Source: Candidatus Eiseniibacteriota bacterium (GTDB lineage: Bacteria; ARS69). Taken from it: 41,028 nt of DNA. Made by a program: the position numbers and the translations under genes. The DNA lies in contig JBQTGV010000070.1 in the NCBI GenBank assembly GCA_052390515.1, forward strand, positions 1 through 41,028, in the 5' to 3' direction. The notes under the pieces were generated by a model. It ran no database searches. It saw only the letters and a program-made list of their open reading frames with translations, and was not told the origin of the DNA. Each line of letters starts with the position of its first letter. The stretch's first letter is position 1. This document shows, one piece after another, positions 1 to 8,975 of the stretch.

Positions 1-70
1 GGGCGTCGCCGCCGCAGCCCCCGCCGCGCCTGCCGTGGCGGCGGAGAAGCCGGCGTGGTACGGTGCGGCC

Positions 71-619
71 GTGAACACGCACGCGCGCACCGAACAGTGG
101 TTCCGGGGATCGGCGCTGACCGTCCTCCTTGCCGCGGCGTGGGCGGCGCCACTTGCGGCCGGCGCCGCCGCCGGGTCGGGAGCACCGGACTCCGCCGCGC
201 CGGTGGCGCGGGACGCGGCCGTGACGCGCGCCACAGGCACTTTCGAGGTGAAGCTGAAGGCGGAGGGCGATCCCGAGGAGACCGGCCTCGACCGGGCCGG
301 CATCGACAAGCAGTTTCACGGGGATCTCGAGGCCGCCAGCCGCGGCGAGATGCTCAGCGTGCGGACCGAGGTCCAGGGGTCCGCCGGGTACGTCGCGATG
401 GAGCGAGTCAGCGGGACGCTGCACGGGCGCTCCGGCTCGTTCGTGCTGCAGCACAGCGGGACCATGACGCGCGGCGTGCCAGAGCTCTCCGTGACCGTCG
501 TCCCCGACTCCGGCACCGGCGAGCTGACCGGGATCACCGGGAAGATGGCCATCATCATCGCTGACGGGAAGCACTCCTACGAGTTCGACTACACGCTACC
601 CTCGGCTGCCGCCCCTTGA
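71..619 (+). CDS. DUF3224 family secreted protein
   Basis: Signal-peptide-like N-terminus, then the DUF3224 pattern (KQFHGDLEA, GSAGYVAMERVSGTLHGRSGSFVLQHSG, VVPDSGTGELTG). GTG at 71 chosen because TG-G-TACGGT lies 6 nt upstream; the ORF is open from 35. Confidence 0.8.
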   Translation: MNTHARTEQWFRGSALTVLLAAAWAAPLAAGAAAGSGAPDSAAPVARDAAVTRATGTFEVKLKAEGDPEETGLDRAGIDKQFHGDLEAASRGEMLSVRTEVQGSAGYVAMERVSGTLHGRSGSFVLQHSGTMTRGVPELSVTVVPDSGTGELTGITGKMAIIIADGKHSYEFDYTLPSAAAP

Positions 620-1143
620 CCGATCTGCGCTATCCGATCGGTCCGTTCCAATGGGACGGGGACACTTCCCCGCCGCGCCGCGCCAGCCGCGTCGACGAGA
701 TCGCCGCGGCCCCCGCGAAACTCCGCGCCGCGGTCCAAGGTCTGACGCCGGACCGGATCGACACGCCCTACCGGCCGGGCGGCTGGACCGTGCGGCAGGT
801 GGTGCATCACCTCCCGGACAGCCACCTGAACGCATACACGCGCTTCAAGCTGGCCCTGACCGAGGACGCACCGGTGATCAAGCCCTACCTGGAGGCGCGC
901 TGGGCGGAGCTCCCGGACACCCGCGTCGCGGCGATCGAGATCTCGGTCGCGCTGCTCGACGCCCTGCACGCGCGCTGGGTGGCGCTGCTGCGCTCCATGA
1001 CGGCGGAGCAGTTCGCGCGTGGGTTCCGCCACCCGGAACTGGGGCGAACGCTCACGCTGGACGAGACGCTGGCCCTGTACGCCTGGCACGGCCGCCATCA
1101 CGTCGCGCACGTCACCTCGCTGCGCGAGCGTCAGGCCTGGTAG
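616..1143 (+). CDS. yfiT: YfiT/BstA family DinB-fold thiol transferase (putative metal-dependent hydrolase)
   Basis: DLRYPIG start, TPYRPGGWTVRQVVHHLPDSH, PVIKPY and YAWHGRHHVAH metal-binding His motifs. Confidence 0.9.
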   Translation: MTDLRYPIGPFQWDGDTSPPRRASRVDEIAAAPAKLRAAVQGLTPDRIDTPYRPGGWTVRQVVHHLPDSHLNAYTRFKLALTEDAPVIKPYLEARWAELPDTRVAAIEISVALLDALHARWVALLRSMTAEQFARGFRHPELGRTLTLDETLALYAWHGRHHVAHVTSLRERQAW

Positions 1144-1167
1144 GTCGGACCCACCGGAGCATTCCCG

Positions 1168-1314
1168 ATGGACACATTCGCCAAGGATGTCCTCCGGCAG
1201 CAGTTCGGCGCCGCGCACGTGCAGCATCACACGGGGCAGTTGAACCTCATCCTGCGCCAGAGGACCGACTCGGCTCCGAGCTGGGTCACGCAGGCGAAGC
1301 GAGAGGTCGCGTGA
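1168..1314 (+). pseudogene. Internally deleted DinB-family gene remnant (48 aa)
   Basis: GGAG RBS, then MDTFAKDVLRQQFGAA joined directly to [24 protein letters not shown]. These resemble the N- and C-terminal ends of a DinB subfamily with the middle missing. The stop overlaps the next start (GTGA). Confidence 0.65.
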
Positions 1315-1655
1315 GCGACAGCTTCCGGGATTTCGCCCTCGAGCAGCTTCGCCGGATCCGACCCGACATCCGGGACCGCAGCATGTTCGGCGGCGTCGGC
1401 ATCTACGCCGGAGATCTCTTCTTCGCTCTCATCGCCGAGGACACGTTGTACTTCAAGGTCGACGAGTCGAACCGCGCCGACTTCGAGAAGCGCGGATCCT
1501 CGCCGTTCCGGCCTTTCGGCGAAGCGGGTGCCGTGATGCAGTACTACGAGGTTCCGGCGGATCTCCTGGAGGATGCGGACGCGCTTCGGCCGTGGATGGA
1601 CAAGGCCGTCGCGGTCGCCCGGGCGAAGAAGAGGGCGTCGGCGAAGCGACGATGA
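1311..1655 (+). CDS. TfoX/Sxy N-terminal domain protein
   Basis: [10 protein letters not shown]...[15 protein letters not shown]...[16 protein letters not shown] start overlaps the upstream TGA. Confidence 0.85.
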   Translation: MSDSFRDFALEQLRRIRPDIRDRSMFGGVGIYAGDLFFALIAEDTLYFKVDESNRADFEKRGSSPFRPFGEAGAVMQYYEVPADLLEDADALRPWMDKAVAVARAKKRASAKRR

Positions 1656-2491
1656 GCGACTACAGCCCCTCCCTGATTCTCCTGCTGAAGGCGCTCGTCA
1701 TGGGCGTCGTCGAGGGACTCACCGAGTTCCTGCCCATCTCCTCCACCGGCCACCTGATCCTCGTCGGCGACCTGCTCGCGTTCCACGACGAGAAGTCCCG
1801 GGCCTTCGAGATCGCCATCCAGACCGGTGCGATGCTCGCGGTGGTGTGGGAGTACCGGGCGAAGCTATGGGCGGTGCTTCACGGGCTCACCCGGGACCGA
1901 TCGTCCCGGCAGTTCGCGGCGAACCTCGTCGTGGCCTTCGTTCCCGCCGCTGTGGCCGGGCTCGCGTTCGGCGACGCGATCGAGCGCCACCTCTTCCGTC
2001 CCGTGCCCGTGGCGCTGGCCCTGATGGTCGGCGGCGTGGTCATCCTGTGGGCCGAGAGACGCAAGCACACGACGCGCGTCCCGACCGTGGACGACATGAC
2101 CTGGAGGGATGCGCTGCGCGTCGGCCTCGCCCAATGCCTGGCGCTCGTCCCCGGCACCTCGCGGGCCGGCGCAACCATCATCGGCGGGCTCTTCTTCGGG
2201 CTGTCGCGTCAAGCCGCCACCGAGTTCTCGTTCTTCCTGGCGTTGCCAACGCTGACCGCGGCCGGCGCTTACCAGCTCTGGGACGTCCGCGACCAGCTCT
2301 CCCGAACGGATCTCGGCTGGTTCGGCGTGGGGTTCGCGGCGGCGTTCGTCTCGGCCCTCTTGTGCGTGCGCTGGCTGCTCCGCTGGATCAGCCGCCACGA
2401 CTTCGGGGCGTTCGCGTGGTACCGCATCGCGCTGGGGATCGTGGTGCTGGTCACCGCGTGGACCGGAACGGTGCGCTGGACCGTGGGCTGA
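1652..2491 (+). CDS. uppP: Undecaprenyl-diphosphate phosphatase (BacA)
   Basis: [49 protein letters not shown] overlap with the upstream gene. Confidence 0.95.
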   Translation: MSDYSPSLILLLKALVMGVVEGLTEFLPISSTGHLILVGDLLAFHDEKSRAFEIAIQTGAMLAVVWEYRAKLWAVLHGLTRDRSSRQFAANLVVAFVPAAVAGLAFGDAIERHLFRPVPVALALMVGGVVILWAERRKHTTRVPTVDDMTWRDALRVGLAQCLALVPGTSRAGATIIGGLFFGLSRQAATEFSFFLALPTLTAAGAYQLWDVRDQLSRTDLGWFGVGFAAAFVSALLCVRWLLRWISRHDFGAFAWYRIALGIVVLVTAWTGTVRWTVG

Positions 2492-2504
2492 GGCCGGAGC
2501 CGGC

Positions 2505-3839
2505 TCAGTCTTCGCCCGTCTCCAGCACGAGCTTGCCGAGGTCCAGCCTTCCTTCGCCCATCTCCTCGTCGTACGGAAGCCCAACATGGTTCAACGGATA
2601 CGCGGACTCCTCGACCGCTTCCGCCACGCCCTGCGCGTCGCGAAGGGCAGGCGAGATGGCCAGCCAGATGGCCGCGCCCGCCGAGACCATCGGCGCCGAG
2701 AAGGACGTGCCGGTCCACACCGCGTAACCGCCGCCGAGGTATGTGGAGAGGATGCCCTCTCCCGGCGCGCTGATCGCCACGTACGATCCGAAGCTGGAGA
2801 CCGCCGCCTTCAGGTCGTTCGCGTCGGTGGCGGCCACGCCGATCACGTTGCTGAACTTCGCCGGGTAGTGGTTGTGCACGAGCTTGCCGGCGTTCCCCGC
2901 GGACGCCACGACCACGACGCCGGAGTTCTCGGCGTACTGCACGGCGTCGTGCACGACGCCGGCCTGCGCCGACATGCCCAGGCTCAGGTTGACGACGTCG
3001 GCACCGTGATCGACGGCCCAGCGGATGGCCCGGGCCACGCCGACGCTGGTTCCGACGCCCTCCGTGTCCAGCGCGCGCACCGGCAACAGCATCGCGTCCG
3101 GAGCGATGGCGTGCACGATCCCCGCAACGTGGGTGCCGTGTCCCGCGGCCTCGTCGGTCAGTCCGTCGAGATCCTGGTCGATGCCGTCGGCGAAGTCGGT
3201 CGCGTCGCCGTCGCCGTCGACGAAGTCCCACCCGGCCAGCACCGATCCGGCGAGATCCGGATGCGAGGCATCGATGCCGGTATCCACGATGCCCACCACG
3301 ACTCCCGTTCCCGTGGACACGATGTGCGCGAGCGGCGCGCCGATGCGCGTCAGGGCGGCCTGGTCGACCACGTCGGAGAAGATGTGCCCGGCTTCGTAGA
3401 ATGCGACGACGCCCTGGTTCGATTCCGGCGACTCGAGCTCGTAGTTCGGCTCGGCCATCGTGCAATCGCCGGAGCCGATCATTCCGGCGGCGAGCGTCCA
3501 CGCCTCGTCGTCGTCCGCGTCGACCAGCAGGAACCCCGTGTCCTCGACCGCGAGGATGGTGGACGTTCCCCAGCGCGCGTGGAACGTCGCGAGATCGAGC
3601 GTGTCCTCCACGTCGACCACCAGCTGGCCGGGGATGGCCTCCGCGGGCGGCCGGCCTCCCGAGGACCCAGCCCCCCCCTCCTGGTGCAGGGTGGGCAGGC
3701 TCGTGGTGTCGTCCTCAGGCTCCCCGCTTCCCGGGGGCGGCTCCGCTCCGGCGCGGGTGGGAGCGTCCCCCGAGCAGCCCGCCATGAGAAGCGTGGCGGC
3801 GAGCGGGGCGGCCAGAGCGAACCAACGGCGGCGAGACAT
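2505..3839 (-). CDS. S8 subtilisin-family serine peptidase, predicted lipoprotein
   Basis: Catalytic D (VDTGID), H (GHGTHVAG), oxyanion N (SAGN) and S (GTSFSAP); lipobox LLMAGC; DxDxDG-like Ca-binding insert. Confidence 0.9.
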   Translation of the reverse strand: MSRRRWFALAAPLAATLLMAGCSGDAPTRAGAEPPPGSGEPEDDTTSLPTLHQEGGAGSSGGRPPAEAIPGQLVVDVEDTLDLATFHARWGTSTILAVEDTGFLLVDADDDEAWTLAAGMIGSGDCTMAEPNYELESPESNQGVVAFYEAGHIFSDVVDQAALTRIGAPLAHIVSTGTGVVVGIVDTGIDASHPDLAGSVLAGWDFVDGDGDATDFADGIDQDLDGLTDEAAGHGTHVAGIVHAIAPDAMLLPVRALDTEGVGTSVGVARAIRWAVDHGADVVNLSLGMSAQAGVVHDAVQYAENSGVVVVASAGNAGKLVHNHYPAKFSNVIGVAATDANDLKAAVSSFGSYVAISAPGEGILSTYLGGGYAVWTGTSFSAPMVSAGAAIWLAISPALRDAQGVAEAVEESAYPLNHVGLPYDEEMGEGRLDLGKLVLETGED

Positions 3840-3891
3840 GGCGGCGTTCGTCCTTCCAGGGTGTCGGATCCGCGGGCGATGACGCCCTACG

Positions 3892-3916
3892 GACGGGCCG
3901 GATCCGCTCATGATAC
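3892..3916 (-). promoter_or_regulatory. Candidate ECF promoter GTATC-N17-GTC upstream of the S8 peptidase
   Basis: Same motif, correctly oriented, also found at 7450-7474 (-) and 8101-8126 (+). Confidence 0.45.
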
Positions 3917-3955
3917 GTGCGCGCAGACGCCGCCGCCAGAAACGCGACATCAGGA

Positions 3956-6784
3956 CTATCCCGTACCGACCAGCACGAACGGAGCCCAGTGATAGGGGTG
4001 CGGGGCGGCGGCGCGACTCGAAAGCATCGCCTCCCGGAGGCACTCGTCGGGGCTCCGCCCGGCCCGCAGCGCCCGGTAGAAGGCGATCATGAGGTCCGCG
4101 GTGGACCCGTCCGGCACCGCCCAGAGACTCACCAGCAGCGCCCCCGCCCCGGCGTACAGGAACCCCCGCGACAGGCCGACCAGCTCGTCTCCCGGCGCGA
4201 CCAGATGCCGGCCCGTCTGGCACGCGCTGAGGGTCACCAGGGTGGCGTCCAGCTCCAGCGAGTAGACGTCGTGCAGGCTCATCCACCCGTCGGAGAGCCG
4301 CAGGGCCGAGAATCCGGGGTCGTCGCCACGGAACACCCCGTGCGTGGCGACGTGAATCACGTCGGCTCCGCGGGCCGCCCGGCGGAAGCGCTCCCGGGTG
4401 GCCTGCTCCGGGCCGAGCCGCCGGCCGCGCGGGAAGGCGCGCCGCACCTCGCGCACCTCGCGGTGCACCTCGGGGATGGCCCGATCGCCGACCTCCACCG
4501 CGAGCAGGCTCCGTCCGTGCCGGCCCTTCGCCTCCCGGAGGTAACGGCGGCAGCTGGCGCTCGGCAGGTAGGAGAGCACGTGGCGGTCCAGCACGTGGCC
4601 ACCTCCCGCGACCGGCAGCGCCGCGAAGGGCAGCCCGTGCAGCGCTCCATGCGGCACGATCACGGTGCGGCCCTCCGGAACGGCGAGCGGATCCCAGAGC
4701 GAGCGTGAGAGGAAGTCGAGGTGCCGCGCGAGGCCCTCCCGGAGCACGGCCGCGCGGCTGCTGGCGTACCCCTCGCCGTACGCCATCTTCTCGATCTGGA
4801 AGCGCAGGTGCGCCATGCGCCGCTCCACCTCGCCGGCGGACGCCGGCAGCTCGACGACGCGAGCCTCGTCGCGGCGGACCATGAAGGCGCGGACGCCGCG
4901 CGACCCGAGGTAGTACTCGACCAGGGTCACGTCCCGCGGCAGTCCCTCCCGGGCCTCCGCCAGCGTCATCGTCTCGCCGACGGCGAGCGCGCCGAGCCGC
5001 GCGTCGCGGCGCTCCAGCCGGCGAAGTGTCTCCGTCAAGCGCGCCTCGTGCTCACGCAGCTTGGCGCCGCCGGCGATCGCGCGTCGGTGCGACGTGCGCT
5101 TCCCCGCCGCCCCGTCGCCGTGCCCGCTGAGTCGGTTGATTTCCGCCCGCAGGGTCTCGGCCCGTTCCAGCAGCCGCTTCGTCTCCGGATCCCGGGCACG
5201 CGCCGCCGGACGAAGCCGGCCGGCGAGCAGATCGACCAGCGCACGGGATCGGGCGCGCTCCACCACGGCGAACGCCTCCGCCACCGATCTCTTCCCGCCG
5301 CGACGGAGCAGGGCCTCGACGAGGTCGGAATAGACCGGCGCCTTGTCCTCGGAGAAGCTCACGCGGAACTCGTCGATGCCGATGCGCCCGCGGATGGACT
5401 CGATCCTGGCCACGGCCCCCCGGTAGTAGCGAAGGGCGAGGGCGTGTCGGCCGCGCGACTCGGCGAGCCGGCCGCAGAGATGCGCGAGCCGCGCGCGCAG
5501 CCACGGCGAGGCGGTCCGGCGAAGCGCCCGGCCGGCACCGTCCAGTGCTGTTTGTGCCGGCCCGCTCCGCCCCCGCTCCAGCTCCGCCGCCGCGCGTGCG
5601 AGCTCCGCCCCCGCCTCGTGCAATCGCATGCCCTCGCCGCGGAACACGGCGACGGCGCTTTCCAGGCGGGCGCACGCGCCGGCCCGGTCCCCGTCGCGGG
5701 CGTCCACCTCCGCGAGGTAGACGTCGGCGAGCGCCTCCGAGGCGCGCAGTCCCTCTTCGCGGAACGCGTCCCTGGCCTGCGCGAGCCGGGAGCGCGCTTC
5801 CCCGACGCCGCCCTGGGCCAGCGCGGCGATCCCCTCCAGCAGCGCCGCGCGCCCCCGCTCGAAGTAGAGCCCGCGGCTCTCGGCCAGTTCTCGCGCCTCC
5901 CCGGCCACGCGCGACGCACGACGGAAGTCGTTCACCTCGATGAGCAGCTCGGCGAGATCGAGCAGCGTGCCCGAGAGGTACATGTCGTCGCCGAGGCCCT
6001 CGAACGCCGCGCGCGCGGAGTCGAGCGCGTCGTACGCGGAACCGTAGTCGCCGCGCTGGAACAAGATGTATCCCAGGTTGTACTCCGCGACGGCCCGGTG
6101 CCGCCCCTCGCCCGCCGCGTCGGCCTCGTCCCGCACCTCGCGGAAGAGGCTCTCGGACTCCTTGAGCCGGCCGAGCGCGGAGAGCTGCGTCGCGCGGTTC
6201 ATCTGGATGGAGCGCGCCATGGAGGAATCGCCGTCGCGCCGCGCGAAGCGCAGCGCCCGGTCGTAGCAGGCCAGCGCGCGGCGCGGACGGCCGCTCCAGT
6301 GATGGACGTTGCCCAGGTTGAGATCCAACCGGGCCGCCGCGGCGGCCTGTCCGGTGCGCCGCAGCGTGCGCCGGGCGGATTCGCCCAGCCCCAGCGCTTC
6401 GCGGTACCGCCCCAACCAGGACAGCGCGTTGACCTGCGAGATGGCGATGCGTGCGACCTCGTCGCGCTTCCCCATCTTCTCGTAGCTGCGCGCGGCGCTG
6501 CGGTAGCTGTCCAGGCCCTCGCGCAGGCGGGAAACGGTGACGAGCCCGTGGCCTCGGATCCACTCCGCGCGGGCCCTCGCCTCGAGATCCGGAGTCGACC
6601 TGGCCACGATGTCGGCGCGCTCCGCCACCTCGAAGGCGCGGCGCGCGTCGATGCGCAGCAGGCGGAGCACCTCCGCGGCCATGGGCTCGACCGCGCGGGC
6701 CAAGTCCGTCGCGGCGGACGCGGCGACGAGGCGGCCCAGGGACTCCCGGTCCGGCGCCGCGAGAAGGGCCTCGACGAGACTCAT
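3956..6784 (-). CDS. TPR-repeat CHAT-domain (caspase-like) cysteine protease
   Basis: Long TPR array, ERARSRAL linker, IVPHGALHGLPFAAL, catalytic His (HVATHG) and Cys (LSACQTG), SLWAVPD, HPYHWAPF. Confidence 0.93.
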   Translation of the reverse strand: MSLVEALLAAPDRESLGRLVAASAATDLARAVEPMAAEVLRLLRIDARRAFEVAERADIVARSTPDLEARARAEWIRGHGLVTVSRLREGLDSYRSAARSYEKMGKRDEVARIAISQVNALSWLGRYREALGLGESARRTLRRTGQAAAAARLDLNLGNVHHWSGRPRRALACYDRALRFARRDGDSSMARSIQMNRATQLSALGRLKESESLFREVRDEADAAGEGRHRAVAEYNLGYILFQRGDYGSAYDALDSARAAFEGLGDDMYLSGTLLDLAELLIEVNDFRRASRVAGEARELAESRGLYFERGRAALLEGIAALAQGGVGEARSRLAQARDAFREEGLRASEALADVYLAEVDARDGDRAGACARLESAVAVFRGEGMRLHEAGAELARAAAELERGRSGPAQTALDGAGRALRRTASPWLRARLAHLCGRLAESRGRHALALRYYRGAVARIESIRGRIGIDEFRVSFSEDKAPVYSDLVEALLRRGGKRSVAEAFAVVERARSRALVDLLAGRLRPAARARDPETKRLLERAETLRAEINRLSGHGDGAAGKRTSHRRAIAGGAKLREHEARLTETLRRLERRDARLGALAVGETMTLAEAREGLPRDVTLVEYYLGSRGVRAFMVRRDEARVVELPASAGEVERRMAHLRFQIEKMAYGEGYASSRAAVLREGLARHLDFLSRSLWDPLAVPEGRTVIVPHGALHGLPFAALPVAGGGHVLDRHVLSYLPSASCRRYLREAKGRHGRSLLAVEVGDRAIPEVHREVREVRRAFPRGRRLGPEQATRERFRRAARGADVIHVATHGVFRGDDPGFSALRLSDGWMSLHDVYSLELDATLVTLSACQTGRHLVAPGDELVGLSRGFLYAGAGALLVSLWAVPDGSTADLMIAFYRALRAGRSPDECLREAMLSSRAAAPHPYHWAPFVLVGTG

Positions 6785-6787
6785 GGA

Positions 6788-7426
6788 TCAGCCCTCGGCG
6801 GGGGCTCCGGGAATCTCGAAGGTCGCCAGACGCCCCGGTCGGGCGACGCGGACGACCAGCCCGCCGAGCCGCGCCACGGCCACGGTGAACTCGCCGAACT
6901 CGTCGGTCACGCCCGCGGTGGACTCCTCTTCGCCGGAGGTCAGCAGGAAGCGTGCTCCGGACAGCGGCTTCGGCGTGTGGCCCAGCTCGACGAGCTGCCC
7001 GGTGACGATGCCGCCGCGCCCTCGCGGCTCGAGGTGGAGATCCAGCTCCACGTCGCCGGACTCGAACCGCAGCCGGCGCTCGGTTTCCGTGCCGCGCACT
7101 CCCGCAGGGGCGAGTCCGGGGACGGCGAAGGAGTCGTAGACCACTCGGCCTGCCTCCTCGCCGAGGCCCGCGCACCACGCGCGCACCCTGGCGAGCCACG
7201 AGCCGGAGCGGCCCAGCGCGACGGCGCGCTCCACCCACGCCGCGGGCGGCTCCGCCAGCCGGTCGGAGCGCATCGACTGGAGCAGCTCGCGGTATTCCTC
7301 GACGCGACGCGAGCACTCGACGCATCGCTCGGCGAGGTGCCGTTCGATCCGGACCCGGTCCTTCGCCCCGGTCTCCTCGAGGGCGAAGTCGATCAGATCC
7401 CGCTCGGTGGGGTGCATCGCTCGCAT
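6788..7426 (-). CDS. Putative soluble zinc-binding anti-sigma factor with C-terminal beta-rich domain
   Basis: HLAERCVEC (zf-HC2-like) near the N-terminus, no hydrophobic TM segment, directly downstream of the ECF sigma; start is 7426 or 7417. Confidence 0.7.
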   Translation of the reverse strand: MRAMHPTERDLIDFALEETGAKDRVRIERHLAERCVECSRRVEEYRELLQSMRSDRLAEPPAAWVERAVALGRSGSWLARVRAWCAGLGEEAGRVVYDSFAVPGLAPAGVRGTETERRLRFESGDVELDLHLEPRGRGGIVTGQLVELGHTPKPLSGARFLLTSGEEESTAGVTDEFGEFTVAVARLGGLVVRVARPGRLATFEIPGAPAEG

Positions 7427-7449
7427 CGCTCCTCCTTCGCGGCCCGACA

Positions 7450-7474
7450 GACTGACCACCTCCTTCCCAGATAC
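7450..7474 (-). promoter_or_regulatory. Candidate ECF promoter GTATC-N17-GTC upstream of the anti-sigma/CHAT genes
   Basis: Lies immediately after the sigma stop codon; shared with two other gaps in the locus. Confidence 0.45.
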
Positions 7475-7475
7475 G

Positions 7476-8078
7476 TCACACCGCAATGATCCGCAGGACC
7501 GCCTCGCGGAGCTTCTCCAGGCAGCGGGCGCGGGTCGGCCCGATCGAGCCGATGGGGATCCCCAGCTCCCGGCTGATGCCGTCGTACGAGGGCGACGTCT
7601 GCGAGCGATCATAGAAGAGCGCGGTCAGGAGCCGCCGGCAGCGGTCGCCTAGCCCCAGCAGTGCCTGACGGACCGCGTGCTGCCGTTCCAGCCGGTCCAT
7701 GGCCTCGGGAGCCAGCTCCGCCGGGTCCGGGGCGAGCGCGAGCGACTCGTCCGGGACGCCGATCTCTCGGCGATCGCGGCGCGCTCGCATGCAGTCGATC
7801 GTCAGCCGCCTCGCGGTGGTGACGATCCAGGGGCGAATCCGCTCCGGATCACGGATCGAGCGGATGCGCTCGGCGAGGCGGGCATACGTCCCGTGGAACA
7901 CCTCCTCGACCTCGTCGGCGGGAAGCCCGGCCCGGTTCGGGACCGCGTAGACCAGGCGGCGGTAGCGCCGCACCAGGGTCTCCCAGGCACGCTCGTCCCC
8001 CGCGGCGCAGAGCCGGGCGAGGTCGCCGTCGCCGAGCGCCTCCAGCCGGGCGCGATCCTCGTCCACTTTCCGGGCCAT
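7476..8078 (-). CDS. ECF sigma-70 factor
   Basis: Region 2 (AWETLVRRYRRLVY...EEVFH...WIVTTARR) and region 4 (SYDGISRELGIPIGSIGPTRARCLEKLR). Confidence 0.93.
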   Translation of the reverse strand: MARKVDEDRARLEALGDGDLARLCAAGDERAWETLVRRYRRLVYAVPNRAGLPADEVEEVFHGTYARLAERIRSIRDPERIRPWIVTTARRLTIDCMRARRDRREIGVPDESLALAPDPAELAPEAMDRLERQHAVRQALLGLGDRCRRLLTALFYDRSQTSPSYDGISRELGIPIGSIGPTRARCLEKLREAVLRIIAV

Positions 8079-8100
8079 GGCCGGGAATGTAACCGATGAT

Positions 8101-8126
8101 GTATCAGCGCGCCCTCACCGCGCGTC
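8101..8126 (+). promoter_or_regulatory. Candidate ECF promoter GTATC-N18-GTC upstream of the divergent lipoprotein gene
   Basis: tGTATCagcgcgccctcaccgcgcGTCt; third copy of the locus motif. Confidence 0.4.
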
Positions 8127-8179
8127 TCTCGCCGGTGCAGACCAACCCGGCCGGTCCGCCCGGAAGGAGATGATCCATC

Positions 8180-8929
8180 ATGAAGACCAGGTTCCTCGCC
8201 GCTTGCGCCCTCGCCGCCGCCCTCAGCGGCTGCAGCGATTCCTCGGGACCCAGCGGCGCCGACGTATCGCTGCTCTTCGCGGCGTCGGGAGGCACGCCCA
8301 GCGCCGCCCCCGCCCTCCAGCCCGCGTCCTCGGCCGCCGGCTACGTCCTCACCGACGGCCAGAGTACCCTGATCCTCACCCGCGCGGAGGTCGTGCTCCG
8401 CGAGATCGAGCTGAAGGGGCTCCTGGACCTGGACTGCGACAGCGGCGACTGCGAGGAGTTCGAGATCGGTCCGATCGTCGTCGACGTGCCCCTCGACGGC
8501 TCGACCGCGCACGCCGTCGCCGTGAGCCTCCCTGCCGGCACCTACCGGGAGATCGAGTTCGAGATCCACAAGGTCACGAGCGGCGACGACGACGCGGCGC
8601 TGCGGGCCAGCCATCCACATCTGGACCAGAAGAGCATCCGCGTGGAGGGCACGTGGAACGGGACGGCGTTCGTCTACTCCACGGATCTCGATGTCGAGCA
8701 GGAGTTCGACCTGAATCCGCCGCTCGTGGTGGAGACGTCGCAGGACACCAACGTCACCGTTCGCCTGGATCTGTCGGCGTGGTTCCGCGGCGCATCGGGG
8801 TCGCTGCTGGATCCGGCCACCGCCAACAAGGGCGGCGCCAACGAGAGCCGCGTGAACGACAACATCAAGCAGTCCATCGAGGCCTTCGAGGACCACGACG
8901 GCGACGGGGACGATGCGGACGAGAGCTGA
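8180..8929 (+). CDS. Acidic beta-rich lipoprotein (DUF4382-like)
   Basis: AAGGAG RBS, lipobox ALSGC, LPAGTYREIEF pattern, D/E-rich tail. Confidence 0.7.
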   Translation: MKTRFLAACALAAALSGCSDSSGPSGADVSLLFAASGGTPSAAPALQPASSAAGYVLTDGQSTLILTRAEVVLREIELKGLLDLDCDSGDCEEFEIGPIVVDVPLDGSTAHAVAVSLPAGTYREIEFEIHKVTSGDDDAALRASHPHLDQKSIRVEGTWNGTAFVYSTDLDVEQEFDLNPPLVVETSQDTNVTVRLDLSAWFRGASGSLLDPATANKGGANESRVNDNIKQSIEAFEDHDGDGDDADES

Positions 8930-8975
8930 TCGGCCGCTCTGACCGTCGCCCGGGGATCTGCTATCTTCGCCGACC

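Noticed and set aside
3840-4286. N-terminal extension of the S8 peptidase
   Set aside because: It overlaps the CHAT gene; the lipoprotein signal begins at 3839.
4721-7489. Long antisense or shadow ORFs (also 8961-11354, 14970-17174, 26108-28819, 27900-30200, 30518-33109)
   Set aside because: They overlap well-supported genes and show no motifs; typical high-GC shadow frames.
2505-8078. Type III-E CRISPR (Craspase) locus
   Set aside because: CHAT and sigma genes are present, but there is no Cas7-11, other cas gene or repeat-spacer array in the window.
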